Origin: Sphyrna mokarran
Lineage: Eukaryota
DNA: 64,000 nucleotides
Reading direction: 5' to 3'
NCBI GenBank assembly: GCA_024679065.1
Contig: JAGIQG010000009.1
Location: forward strand, 89,962,001-90,026,000
Shown: piece after piece, positions 23,060 to 34,965 of the stretch
Layout: each line of letters begins with the position of its first letter
Numbering within the stretch: position 1 is the stretch's first letter
Position numbers and translations under genes: made by a program
Notes under the pieces: model-generated
Told to the model about the DNA's origin: nothing
The model's input: the letters and a program-made list of their open reading frames with translations, nothing else
Database searches by the model: none

Positions 23060-24150
23060 CATAGAATCCCTACGTACAGAAGGAAGCCATTCAGCCCATC
23101 AAGCTGCACTAACAACAATCCCACCCAGACCTATCACTGTAACCCCATATTTGCTGTGCTAATCCCCCGACACTAACAGTCAATTTATCATGGCCAATTC
23201 ACCTAATCTGCATGTTGTAAAGCTGAGTTTGAGAAGTGTGGTCCCTTTAAAAGCTGGTATTGTTTTAGTGCTTGGAGGTTTAAAATGCAGGTTAATACGA
23301 GTACACAGACTGAAACATTTGTAGCAAAGACCGGGCAGTATGGTTGCCTTGATAACAGGCTTTTGAATTTAGATTATCAGTTCAAAGAAAACACTCACCC
23401 TATCAGGAACCTATTCAAATTTGAATTTGTTGTTGTTGATGTCAGGCAATCATGTTTTAGAAAAATTAATAAGTCATCACAGTTATAAAAACAGGAGAAC
23501 TGCCTGCCTGCCTGCAGATCAACTGAAGGGCTACTAACTCTCAGCCTAGAGAGGGAAAGAGCAACTTTCTGCTAACTTCAAATATCTTTTAAGAGAACTC
23601 ACCATCTAACAAAGGCTTCCAATTCAGAAAGAACTTACAGACTGCAGAATCAACAGAACTCCAAAAGTTTCTGAAAGCCACAAACTTGGTTGTATTCTTT
23701 TGAGAATGATGGAATTCTATATTCTGTTTTTGGATAACAAATGAGTATTGTATTTATTTGAATAACATTCCAGCAGAATTTTATTTTATTTGGTATGTTA
23801 CTTGTTTAATTAAGGTCTCCTGTCAGTAAATAAATCAATTGTTAAGTGTTCATTTTAGAGCGAATGTCAGGTATTTCTGTTAGTTAAACACTAAACATTA
23901 ATGAAAAACAGTTCACACTTTTCCACACATTTTTAACAGATAATGAAGCAAGGTATTTCTCTTTGGGGAATTTGGTGTGGCTGCTGAAAAGGGGATCAAC
24001 TTTTGTACCATAAAACATACACCTTTGGAGTGTGGAAGGAAACCGGAGTACCTGGAGAAACCCACGCAGACATGGGGAGAATGTGCAAACTCCGCACAGA
24101 CAATGACTTGACGCTGGAATTGAACCCAGGTCCATGGCCACTGTGCAACC
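23060..24150 (-). mobile_element. V-SINE (HE1-like) split by a solo LTR
   Basis: Tail at 23060-23212; V domain and tRNA-like head at 24018-24150. Confidence 0.88.
23213..24017 (+). mobile_element. Solo LTR (805 bp)
   Basis: TGT...ACA termini; 4-bp TSD tgca/taca; SINE continuous across it. Strand inferred. Confidence 0.75.
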
Positions 24151-24214
24151 TTCACAGAATTGTACAGAACATTTCAATGGACAGATTATTGACAGTAACA
24201 AAAAAATTCTAAGT

Positions 24215-24564
24215 TTTTTTTAAACTTTGTTCAAGTTTTAATGAAATCTGTGGCATGAGAAACATTTTCATGCACTAACTTTAATGCACTGCATTATTCA
24301 TGTAGCACAAGAACAGGAAGCACTATATTTTTAACAAATCAGTCTATTTTAAAAATGATTAAAAAAGATTATGAATTCTAAGACATAATTGTATGAAGAA
24401 TAAATCAATGCTCCGTGAGTTCAGAAATTAGTTTCAGTTTCCGGCAGCTTCACAAGGAGTAACGAGAGCACACAATATAATGATGACAGATTGACAGGGC
24501 AATGAGAGGACACACTGCGACAGTCATGGCTTCATCTTGAGGCTGAGAGTCTTCTACCTTCCAC
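24215..24564 (-). other. Non-coding terminal 3'UTR exon of the MHC class II alpha gene
   Basis: The strong donor 2 nt after the stop implies a further exon. Acceptor gacttttttttcaatttag|GTGG at 24564 lies in non-repeat sequence; ATTAAA at 24237-24242 (minus) is followed by an A-rich site. A UTR-only last exon is known for class II alpha genes. Confidence 0.7.
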
Positions 24565-24669
24565 CTAAATTGAAAAAAAAGTCATCACAAAGACATTGAA
24601 AACTAGGCACACTGATTTATTAAAATCTCATTACTTACACAATCCCTCGATCAGTACATATGAATAAAC

Positions 24670-27330
24670 AAAATAGGAGCACAGATAGCCCATTTAACCT
24701 CTCGAACCTACTACACCATTTGATAAGATTATGGTTGATCTTTCAAGTTCTACATTCCAATCTACTACAATTAATCCCTTGGCTAACAAGAATTTATCTA
24801 CTTCTGCCTTGAGATTACTTAATGACCCTGCCTCCACTGTATTCTAAGGCAGAGAATTCACAGTAAATGCAAACCTCTAAGAGAAAAGATTTCTCATCAT
24901 TTCTGTCCTAAAGGGTGACCCCTAATTTTAAAAGATATCTTCTAATTCTGGATTCACCCAGAAGAAGGAACATCTTTTCCACACCCACTTGCCAAGACTG
25001 TTCAGAATCTTCTACGCTTTAATCAAATCACTATCATTTTTCTAAACTCCAGTAGAAACAAATGCAGCCTGTCGAACATATCATCGCTCCAGGTAGTAAT
25101 CTATTAAAAGTCCTCTAAATTGCCTCCAGTGCATTTAGATTCTTCCTCAAATAAGGAGACCTAAACTGCACATTGTATGAGATATGATCTCACTAATTCC
25201 CTGTATAATTGAAGCATAACATCCTCACTGCTGAGTTCAATTCCTCTCAATGATAGTATTCCATTAACCTTCTTAATTATTGCTGCACCTGCATATTAAT
25301 ATTTTGTTACTCATGCATAAGAACACCTAGTTCCATTTGTACTTTGTAATTTTGTAGCTGCTCTCCACATAATATTCTGCTATTTTTATTCTCCCTGCTA
25401 AAATGAACAACTTCATTTTTCCCACATTATTCTCCATTCGCCAGAATTTTGGCCACTCAATCGACTTATCTATATCTGTCTGCCACCTCCTTATGTCCCC
25501 TTCACTACATACTTTCCTATCTATCTTTGTCTGCAAATTTAGCTACCATGTCTTCACTCCACTCAGTCATATATAAATTGTAAAAAGCTGAGGTCCCAGC
25601 ACACACCCCTGCAGGATTCACTCGTAACAATCTGACAATAAGAAAAAGACTGTTTTTTGCCAGCCAGCCAAATTTACATCCGTGCTAATGTTACTCCTAC
25701 ACTATGACTGATTTTCTTCAATAATTTTTGCTGTGACATTTTATCAAATGCCTTCTGAAAAATGTAAGTACAGCATATCTACAGGTCCCCATTTATCCAC
25801 ATCATTTTACTCCTTCAAGAAATCCCAATAAACTGGTTTAATAAATCTATGCTTACTTTTCCTGACTACCTTGCATTTTTTTTTAGTGTTCATTTGTAAC
25901 CTCCTTAAAAATCTGATGTAAATGTTCCTGAATTTAGGAAATTTTGTAAAATTCACGGTATCACAGAATTGTTATGTAGAGAAAGAGACCATTTGGCCTA
26001 TCATATCTGCACCAGCTCTCTAAAAGGGCATCATGTCATAGGGATATTTCCCTGCCTTTTCCCCACTTCCCTGCAAATGGTTTTTATTGAAATAACCATT
26101 AATCTTCTTGAATGCCTCAATTGATCTTGCCTCCATCACACCTTTAGGCAGCGTATTCCAGACTCCAACCACTCATTGTGTGAAAATGTTTTACTCACAT
26201 CAGATTTGCTTATTTTGTAAATCACTGATTCAAATCCCATTTTCCTGTACCCAGTCCATAGCATTCCATATGCTTTCTTTACAATCTTGTATACCTGAAC
26301 TACTGTCTTTAGGAACATTAAGATCTCTTATTTCATCTACCGCTCTTAATACATTTCCATTTATTGTATATTCCCTATAACTGTTTGACTCCCTAAATAC
26401 ATTATCTCATACTTTTCTGTGTTAAAATCTATCTGCCACTTTACCATCCATTCCACCAACCCACTGATATAATATTGAAGAGTATACCTATCCTCTACAC
26501 TATCCATTATTCAGCCAATCTTTACATAATCTGCAAATTTCCCACGTTCATGTCCAAATTGTCAATATATAACATAAACAATCAAGGTTCCAAAACTGAA
26601 CTCGGTGTAATTTTCTATTTGTAAGGTATTCACAACCATTACCCTTTGTTTTTTGTTACTAAGCAAACTTTTAATCCAGTTTGCCATATTACCCTGTATC
26701 TCATGGGCTTTTACTTTTTTTTAGTAATCTGCCACGTGAGACCTTGTCAAATGCCATGGTAAAATCCATGTACACAACATCCACTGCACTACCTTCATCA
26801 ACCACTCTTGTTACTTCCCCAGGTAATTTAATCAAATTTATGAGGCAAGACCTTCTTTGACAAATCCATGCCTTTCTATGTGACAGTTAATCCTATCCCT
26901 AGGATTGATGCTACTAATTTTCCCACTACCAATGTCAGATTAACTGGACTATAATTGTTTGACATTTCCTTCAATCCCTTTATAAACAATGGAAATATAT
27001 TTGCATTTCTCCAATCCTCTATTACTTCACCTTATCTAGTGAGGGTTGCAAAAATCATCCTTAGAGCATCTGCCATCTTCTCCCTGATCTCATTCAGCAG
27101 CATCAGCAAAGTCTATCTGGCCCTGACAACTTATCGATTTTCAGAGATTCCAACCTTTCAATTCCTTCTCTCTCTTTCTAGTTTTCCCATCCAATGTCTG
27201 TGTTCCTCCTGGACAACAAAGCTGCATCATCTCTTTCCTTTGTAAATGTGGAGACAAAATATTCATCTAAAACCATTCCCACAGCCTTTGCATCTTCTCT
27301 GCATTAGCTAGATAAACATAATTTATCTTT
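24670..27330 (-). mobile_element. Several old, nested CR1 LINE fragments
   Basis: Degenerate RT relics (VKKAYGML, ctgcaaattt, aaatccatgtacacaacatc). Confidence 0.8.
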
Positions 27331-27389
27331 TAGAAGTCCATGCTGGCTCTTCATAAACCAACTCATATTTATGTGACTCACAAAATCCA

Positions 27390-27860
27390 TTCAGTACAGA
27401 AGGAGGCCATTTGGCCCATTGAGTCTGTACTGACTTTCTGACAAGAATATGGTATCCAGTCCTTCTCCCCTGTCTGTAACCCCCCCCCCCCCCAATTCAT
27501 GATGTAGAGATGCCAGCGTTGGATTGGGGTAAACTCAGTACGAGGTCTGACAACACCAATTTTAAATCCAACCGATTTATTTGATAGTAAACTTGCTTGA
27601 TAAATTTACTAGATAGTAAATTTATTTGATAGTAAACAAGTTTACTACCAAATAAATTGGTTGGATTTAAAATTGTTGTCAGAACTCTTACTGAGTTTAC
27701 CCCACCAATTCACATGGCTATGTCATCTAACTATACACTTTGGGACAATTAAGCACGGTCAATCCATTTAACGTGCACATCTTTGGACTGTGGAAGGAAA
27801 CCAGAGCACCCCGAGGAAACCCATGCAGGCAAGGTGAGAATGTGCAAACATCATACATTC
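27390..27860 (-). mobile_element. V-SINE (HE1-like) containing a palindromic insertion
   Basis: agaaggaggccatt tail; V domain atctttggactgtggaaggaaacc...gaatgtgcaaac. Confidence 0.85.
27500..27704. repeat. Fold-back palindrome derived from a Penelope-like terminus
   Basis: Arms ~27525-27595 and ~27638-27704 are reverse complements; 8-bp TSD ccaattca; left end matches 50340-50430. Confidence 0.88.
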
Positions 27861-28205
27861 ACTTCTGAGGGTTAATAGATGGCCAGTGACACTGCCAATG
27901 GAGAGAAAGGCTTGAAAGGTTTTTAAAGCTTTATTAAAGTGTTATGGTGTAACTGCAAAGTATTAGAAATGGAAAATGCTCCCCTCTCCTGCAGGTACCA
28001 GCTCTCAAAGGAAACCATCATGTTATGGAAGTAACAATTCTTTCAGTGCAAGAGTTAAAAGGGGTATAACAAGCGTATTCATATCCATATTTGTGTATAT
28101 TGCTGTGAGGGTTCAATGATCAACAATTGGGAGAAGGGACTGTAGTTGACAGTCACTTCCAGGAATGTTAATGATACACAGCTCATGCTCCACCTGTACT
28201 TACCT

Positions 28206-28351
28206 CTAGATACCGTGTTGTTGAGTTTGCAGCCTCTGTCTCTCTTTGATCAGTAGGATGATCCCTACAACAGCACTGATGATTCCTAGAGCAAGTCCCA
28301 GAGCACAGATCACTGTCCCTGCATCAGATTTCTCATCAGGAACTTCAGGTT
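28206..28351 (-). CDS. MHC class II alpha chain, connecting peptide/TM/cytoplasmic exon (exon ends 28204)
   Basis: Acceptor ctttctttttctatacag|AA CCT is phase 1 and joins the alpha-2 exon as G|AA=Glu. It reads EPEVPDEKSDAGTVICALGLALGIISAVVGIILLIKERQRLQTQQHGI*, with the class II alpha CxxGxxxGxxxxxxG TM pattern. Stop is followed by AG|gtaagt. Confidence 0.95.
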
Positions 28352-30265
28352 CTGTATAGAAAAAGAAAGGGAGAGACAAGAAAGCAATGAGCATCTCACA
28401 GTGAAACACATGGTGAAGATGATGAGTGGAGAAGACCATGAACAAATGGTGGAGAGTTTCACTAACCAGACATGCACATCAACAATCTGGATATCCACTG
28501 ATTACAAATATCCACAATACTATGTGATACAGTTACAGGCTAGGAACTGATGATAAATATTGGTACGCCCACAGTTACAGTACCATTTGCAGAGAAAGGA
28601 TAAAGACTAGTGTAAGGATGCTATTAGGAACGGGAAATTAGTTACAAGCAGGAATGAGACGTACTCAGAAACAAAGCAGAGAAGACAGCCATTTGGCACC
28701 ATATAACTGCAGGTTCATACAATACATTATCCAATTTGCTCTTTGCCTCCTAGCCATGCAATATTTCTTCAACTATTTAAACAATTTTCTTTGGAAGTCA
28801 TGGTTCTAGCTGCTTCCTGTACTTTTTCATAACTCGTGCTAAAAAAAAACTTCTTCATTCTTCTCCGGTTCTTTTGCTAATTATCTGAAAACTATGCCTC
28901 TGGTTACTGAACCTCATGCCAAAGCACAGTTTTAACATATCTAGTCAATCAAAACTTTTCATAATTATAAGAGTCACTTCACCTTCCTGCTTAAAGAACA
29001 ATAATACCAGCATCTCCACATGACTGAAGGCCCAAGTCCTTGGATCATAGTCAACACCCTCTGTATCTTTTCCAAGCCACTGAAATGTTTTCTGTTACAG
29101 CATAGAACAATGACATTTTTTGACATTTTGAAGGGTATTCATGGATGATTTTTCTTCCTGTTCTTGACAAATCAGACGTGAAGACTCATCAATTTAAAAT
29201 GATTAATAAGAGAATAAGGCATGAGATTAGGCAATTATTAGATATAGAGATCGTTGTAGAGTGAAGTATTGCATCACATACAATTGAAGCACAGTACATC
29301 ATAACACTGAGGTATAGTTGGTCAGATATTAAAACCAAAAAGGAAACTGGATTTTGAGGAGAGAGCAGAACAGTGGGATTCAGGATAATGGGGAAAGATA
29401 GGGTAATAGGATTAGTTTAGGATTTATACAAGGCTATAGGAAAATGGGAATAAGGAAATTACTTTGGAGCTGATGCTCAGCAATTTGAAAAGATTGACTG
29501 AAAATGGGTTTTGTTTATAAATGAGAAAGGATTATGGGCAGAGTTTGGGGCACTGGGATTAGTTTGGGATTAAACGCACACTATGGGAGCATACAGAGTG
29601 GTGTAATTAGATTGGGATTGACAGGCATATGAGGAGAATGGGGCAGTGGTATCAGTTTGGGATATGTGGGAGAATGAAGCGGTGTGATTAATTTGGGATT
29701 GATACAGGGTATGGGCAAAAAGAATACGGCAATGTGATTAGATTGGGATTAACACAGAGGCATGAGGAGTGAAGCAGTGCAATTTGATTGGGATCAGCAT
29801 AGAGGGATGGGGAAAGAGTGGGGTGATGGAATTAGATTGGAATTAACACAAGTATCTGGGAAGAGTATGGGGCAATGTGATTAGGATTCTCACAGGTATG
29901 GTGTGACAGGACTGTGGCCTTAAGAAATCTATTTGAGCCACGTTCTTGTACAGAATTTGTTAAAGCCGTTTTTTCATGCAATTGGTACTATCCTATCTAT
30001 CGGCATGCTGTATTGTTGTTGCAGCAGCCTAGGTATTGTTAATGGCTAGAATTTTGGTTGTAATCTGAACTAATACTGTTCTGTTGTTTTCCCCTGGGAT
30101 TTTGCAGAGTGGGACTTCTTTGGGATGCTTGACAGGTATGGTGATGTACCAGGGAAGCTGGTCTTTTTCACAAAATATTCATACTTAGGAGCAACTTGAA
30201 GGTGAGAGAGAGAAGTCTCTCTCTTTACACCTCTCTGAAGTTGGAAACTGAAATCTGTCAGGCGA

Positions 30266-30563
30266 TAGAATCCTTACAGTTTAGAAAGAGGCCATTCGGC
30301 CCATTGAACCTGTATCAATAACAATCCTATCCAGACCCTATCCCCACGTATTTAACCTGCTAGTCCCCCTGACATTAGATAGCAACTTAGCATGGCCAAT
30401 TAACCTAACTTGCATATCTTAGGAATGTGAGAAGAAACTGGAACACCCAGAGCAACCCACACAGACACGGGGAAAATGTGCAAACTCCAGTCAGTCAAAT
30501 GAGGCCAGATTCAAACCTGGGTCCCTGGCACTATGAAACAGCAGCGCTAATCACTCTGCCACC
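30266..30563 (-). mobile_element. V-SINE (HE1-like)
   Basis: tRNA-like head, V domain and HER1-like tail. Confidence 0.9.
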
Positions 30564-31022
30564 CATTTGCTTCTTTTTTTTTGAGATTCTGCTGTATGAA
30601 TCTTGCTGCCAGAAGCTGGTGGAAGAAATCAGTCTCTTCCTGTTTCTCTCTACCTCTCCAGAAACTTTCTGAAAGTTCCAAGATTGGTGAGCCTCAAAGA
30701 TTTGATCCATCAGTCAAAGGATCAATTCACAGCAAGTATTAAAAAAACTGCATATCCAACATCATATAAACCATACTTGCTTTAGTGCTAACTTTGTCTG
30801 AAGAAGGAATTGTCTATATGTCTATAGGGATTGTCTATGGGATTGTTTTACACTGGAGCAACATTGAAAGCTAGCTTTTAAGAAAGATACTGCATCATGT
30901 TTAAGGCTTGTAATTGGTAAAAGTTATGCTAATTCTTTTTGTTATATCTTGTATTGTTAAATAAAGTTATTTGATAAAAGTTTCCTAGGGGTCACTTGAA
31001 TTGTATCTGGAGTGAAACACCT

Positions 31023-32055
31023 TGAGAGTGATTCTCCGAAAGAAGTTCTAAGTGCTGAATTTGTGGGAAATCTGGTGTACAGCACAATTGTTTTTCAGTG
31101 TGATTCAGACCCGGATCTCCCACACTTTGTGTCATTTGTGAATCTCATTAAAAGTCCAGGGTGGGGCAGGGCCTATTCATTACCAGAGACTGGCAGTTCC
31201 AGGTCTCTGTGCACGTGCAGTGGTTCCAAACTGTCAGCCTGCACTTTGCCGGCAAGTTTGATCACTGGCCAGCTCCGCAACCCCCGTAGTGCTGCCTGTC
31301 ACAGCTCGATCGCAGCCCTCATAACCATTCCCAGGCCAGTGCTGATCTCCCCCCCCCCTCCCCGGAGCACTCCAACCTCCAGCACCACCCACTTCCAGCA
31401 GTGACGATTCCCACCACCCCCCACTCCATCCACAGGAGGCAGACCCTTGGCAGATCACGCCACGCCACGCCCCACCCCCCCCTCACCCACTAGTCCGCCC
31501 AGATTGCTGGCATCCCTCCAGCCCACTGATCCTGTCTGGAGTGGTAACAGGGCTCTCATCCTTAGGCTCCACTTCCTCTTGGCACTGCCCCATGCCCAGT
31601 GAGCAATGTTAAGGTGCCCCCTGGGCATGGGCACTTTGTCCCTTCAGCAGTGGCAGGGGGCACAGGCTGGCATTGCCAGGGTGTCCAAGCTCAGGGAGTA
31701 CCACCTTCTCACCACCCAACCCCCCAATGGTCTCCCACCAGTTCCCTGAAAGTGGGGAGTTGCTCTAAACCCCGCCACATTGAAATTGCACTGATAGTGT
31801 GGGAGATGCTCTCAGGCCTGGAGAATTCAGTCCCAGGCCCAATAATTACATTTAAATAACATTAAAATAAGATTAAGATTACTTACCTGCTGGTCCTGCC
31901 CGTTTCCAGAGTGACCCCAACCATGTCGGAAATCCGTCACTGGGTAATGTGCACACGTTGGGAACATCATGCCTGAACCCCGTGAACCACACGCATAATT
32001 CTCCCAGCTTGACGTGCTGAAAAATTAGGGTGTCGGGATGGGAGAATCGCTCCCA
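31023..32055. mobile_element. Non-autonomous DNA transposon (Harbinger-like TIRs)
   Basis: TIRs tgagagtgattctcc / ggagaatcgctccca; the host sequence aaacacct^tatgctc is restored on removal. Confidence 0.75.
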
Positions 32056-32919
32056 CTTATGCTCACCAATATGAAAATCAAATGTAAAACATAGGGTCTA
32101 GACCAATTTCACAATACTTGGTGTTTCTGGCCTAGGACTTAAAGGAGAAATTGAGATGGTACAATTACATTGGGATTGAACAAAGGCATGGGGAAAGTGT
32201 GGGATGGTGTGACTAGTTTGTGCATGATAAGAGCTATGGAGAGAGGGTGGGCAGTGGGATTAGATTGGGATTGACACAAGAGTATGAGGAGAGAGTCGGC
32301 TAGTGGGATTAGTTTGGAATTGACAGGATTAGGGGGAAAGAGTGGGGCAGTGTGGTTAGATTGGGATTAATAAAGGGCAATAGAGAGAGAGTGGGGATTG
32401 GGATTGATACAGGGCTATGGGCAGTGAATGGAATCAGTGGGGTTTGTTTGGAATTGACAGGGGTATGGGAAAAAGTGGGGCAGGGAGATTAGTTAGGGAT
32501 ATGGGGAGAGAATGGGGTGGTGTGATTGGTTTGAAATTGTTACGGGGCAATGGGGATATAATGGAGCAGTGAGATTAGTTAGGGATCGATACATTGGGAA
32601 AGCAGGTAAATCTCTGTTTTAAGCTTAAATAAGAGGAGATGGGAATGAATTAATGTTGCTGTGGGTAGGTGGAAATTGCATTGAGCGGAGATGAGAAAAT
32701 GGATAGCGTGCCACTGGGAGAAGAAGCTGAGTTTTGGTAATGATTATCTGGCATGAAGAGATGGAGAAGTAGCTCTGAGTATTTGGGAGGGTGGGGACAG
32801 AGATTTGGAAGTAGGGGATGGAAAGGGAGGTTGGGGGAAAACGATTAGGAAAGACTGATCTGTTTGTGACTTTAACTCCACTTTTCTATTTGCCCTTATT
32901 GACTTTTGACCTCCTTGTA

Positions 32920-33300
32920 CCATTATAGTGATGTAGTAATAATATAGTTGGACAAGTAATCCAGAGGCCCAGGCTAAAACTCAAAGGACATGGGTTCAAA
33001 TCCCCTCTTACAATAACTGGGGGAATTTGAAATCAGTTAGTAAATCTGGAATTGCAAACACTCTCAGTAATGGTGATCATAAAACATTATCAATTGTCGT
33101 AAAAACCCATCTAGTTCACCAATGATTTTTAGTTAAAATCTACCCAGTGTGGCCTATATGCAACTCTAAACCCACTGCCGTGTGGTTGACTCTTAACTAT
33201 CTTCTGAAATGGCCGAGTAAGATCCGTTCAAGGACAATTTGGGATGGGGCAACAAATGCCACCCTTGTCATGCCACCCAAAGCCCATGGAAGAATAAAAG
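32920..33300 (+). mobile_element. tRNA-derived SINE of a second family
   Basis: B box ggttcaaatccc at ~32992; 3' tail resembles the 3' end of the LINE at 60650-60740. Confidence 0.7.
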
Positions 33301-33917
33301 GAAAAATTATCTAACTTAGCATTGAATACATTCAGTATCCCAACCCACACTATTGCTTGTGGAAAAGAATTCCAAAGGAACAAGGTGACTTCTTGCAAGT
33401 TGTGTCCAGTATACCTTCTAATTCTATCTTTTACTTCTGTCATATGCTTCTAAAACTTCATTCTCTTTTTAAAACTCTAACAATGCTTTAATGCAATTTC
33501 TTACAGATTTGGCGATCCCTTGCACCCTGAAGACACCCAACCTGACTGACCTGGAATTGACCCGGAGCAGCTGCCCATGGGTGAGCAGCAGCCGGTGCTG
33601 CAGTTCGAGAGCTGGGATTCCTCCAGAGCACCTTTCAGAGATCACAAAGCCCGAGAAGCCTGGACCTACATTTGAAGGACTCCTTGAGCCCAGGAAAACA
33701 CCATGGGAGTTGGATTTACACTCAGCCAGTCCCCAAAGACTATCCCTGAGGCTGGAGCCTTCTCTCCCTCCCATCCCCCAATACTGAGCCACAGAGTCCC
33801 CAAACCTAGAATACCTGGCACTGAAATGCTGCCCCAGCTACCTTTCATGGCTGTTCACTCTCTGTCACCCGCCCACACTTTGGCAGATCAGACCACAAGG
33901 CTGTGCTCCTGCTTCCA

Positions 33918-34870
33918 GCTCACAAGCAAAAACTGAAGTGGGGGAATCCATCAAAGAGATTCGTGCAATGTTGGTCTGAGGAATCTGATGATTTCCTACG
34001 GGATTGCTTGGAGTCAATGGACTGGTCAATATTTAAAAACTCTGCAACCAGACAGAATGAGTACACCTGAACCTGGTGAACTGGTACGGCAACAATAATC
34101 TCTCCCTCAATGTCAACAAGATGAAAGAGATTGTCATGGATTTCAGGAAACGTAAAGGAGAACAAGCCCTTGTCTACATCAATGAGGATGAAGTAGAAAG
34201 GGTTGAGAGCTTCAAGTTTTTAGGTGTCTAGATCACGAATAACCTGTCCTGGTCTCCCCGTACCAACACTATAGTTAAGAAAGCCCACCAATACTTCTAC
34301 TTTCTCAGAAGACTCAGGAAATTTGGCATATCAGCTACGATTCTCACCAATCTTTACAGTTGCACCATAGGAAGCATTCTTTTTGGTTATATCACAGCTT
34401 GGTATGGCTCCTGCTCTGCCCAAAATGACAAGAAACTACAAAAGGTCGTGAACATTGCCCAATCCATCATGCACACCAGCCTCCTGTCCATTGACTCCAT
34501 CTGCACTTCCCACAGCCTTGACAAAGAAACCAGAGTAATTAAAGACACACGCGCGCACCCCAGATATTCTCTCTTCCACCTTCTTCCTTCGGAAAAAAGA
34601 TACAAAAGTCTGAAGTCACATAAGATATGTTCCATGTTCTACCAATCGACTCAAAAACAGCTTCTTCCCTGCTGCTGTAAGACTTTTGAAAGGACTTACC
34701 TTGCATTAAGTTGATCTTTCTCCGCGACCCTAGCTGTGACTGTAACACTACATTCTGCACTCTCTCATTTCCTTCTCTATGAGCAACATGTTTTGTCTGA
34801 AGAGCTCGCAAAAAACAATACTTTTTCACTATGTTAATACATGTGACATTAATAAATCAAAACAAAAATA
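33918..34870 (+). mobile_element. Rex1/Babar LINE, internally deleted
   Basis: DCLESMDWSIF, YFLRRLRKFG and ITAWYGSC motifs; aataaatcaaa tail. Confidence 0.88.
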
Positions 34871-34965
34871 AATTCCTGCTTATCTCCATCTTAAATGGGA
34901 GAAATCATTCTTTTTTCTAATTCTACGTACCTCCATGAGGGGAACATCCTCTCAGCGTCTATCCT

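Larger units (their letters stand above)
29902..32140 (+). mobile_element. LTR-like element, host of a SINE and a MITE
   Basis: Starts TGT; homologous to 35120-35260 and 36560-36830 (ccttaagaaat, taattggtaaaagttat, gggtcacttga). Confidence 0.6.
29350..32600 (+). repeat. Degenerate ~47-49 bp minisatellite (29350-29901 and 32140-32600), split by an LTR-like insert
   Basis: Repeated gggcagtgggattag(a/t)ttgggattgacacagggctatggggagagagt-like units. Confidence 0.85.

Noticed and set aside
28352-28445. N-terminal part of the 79-aa ORF 28206-28445
   Set aside because: Intronic read-through of the polypyrimidine tract; the exon starts at 28351.
29350-32600. CRISPR-like periodic repeat
   Set aside because: Eukaryotic context, degenerate tandem units without unique spacers, no cas genes.
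33469-33917. Overlapping GC-richer ORFs
   Set aside because: No recognisable motif; adjoins Rex1 and is probably repeat-derived; cannot be assigned.
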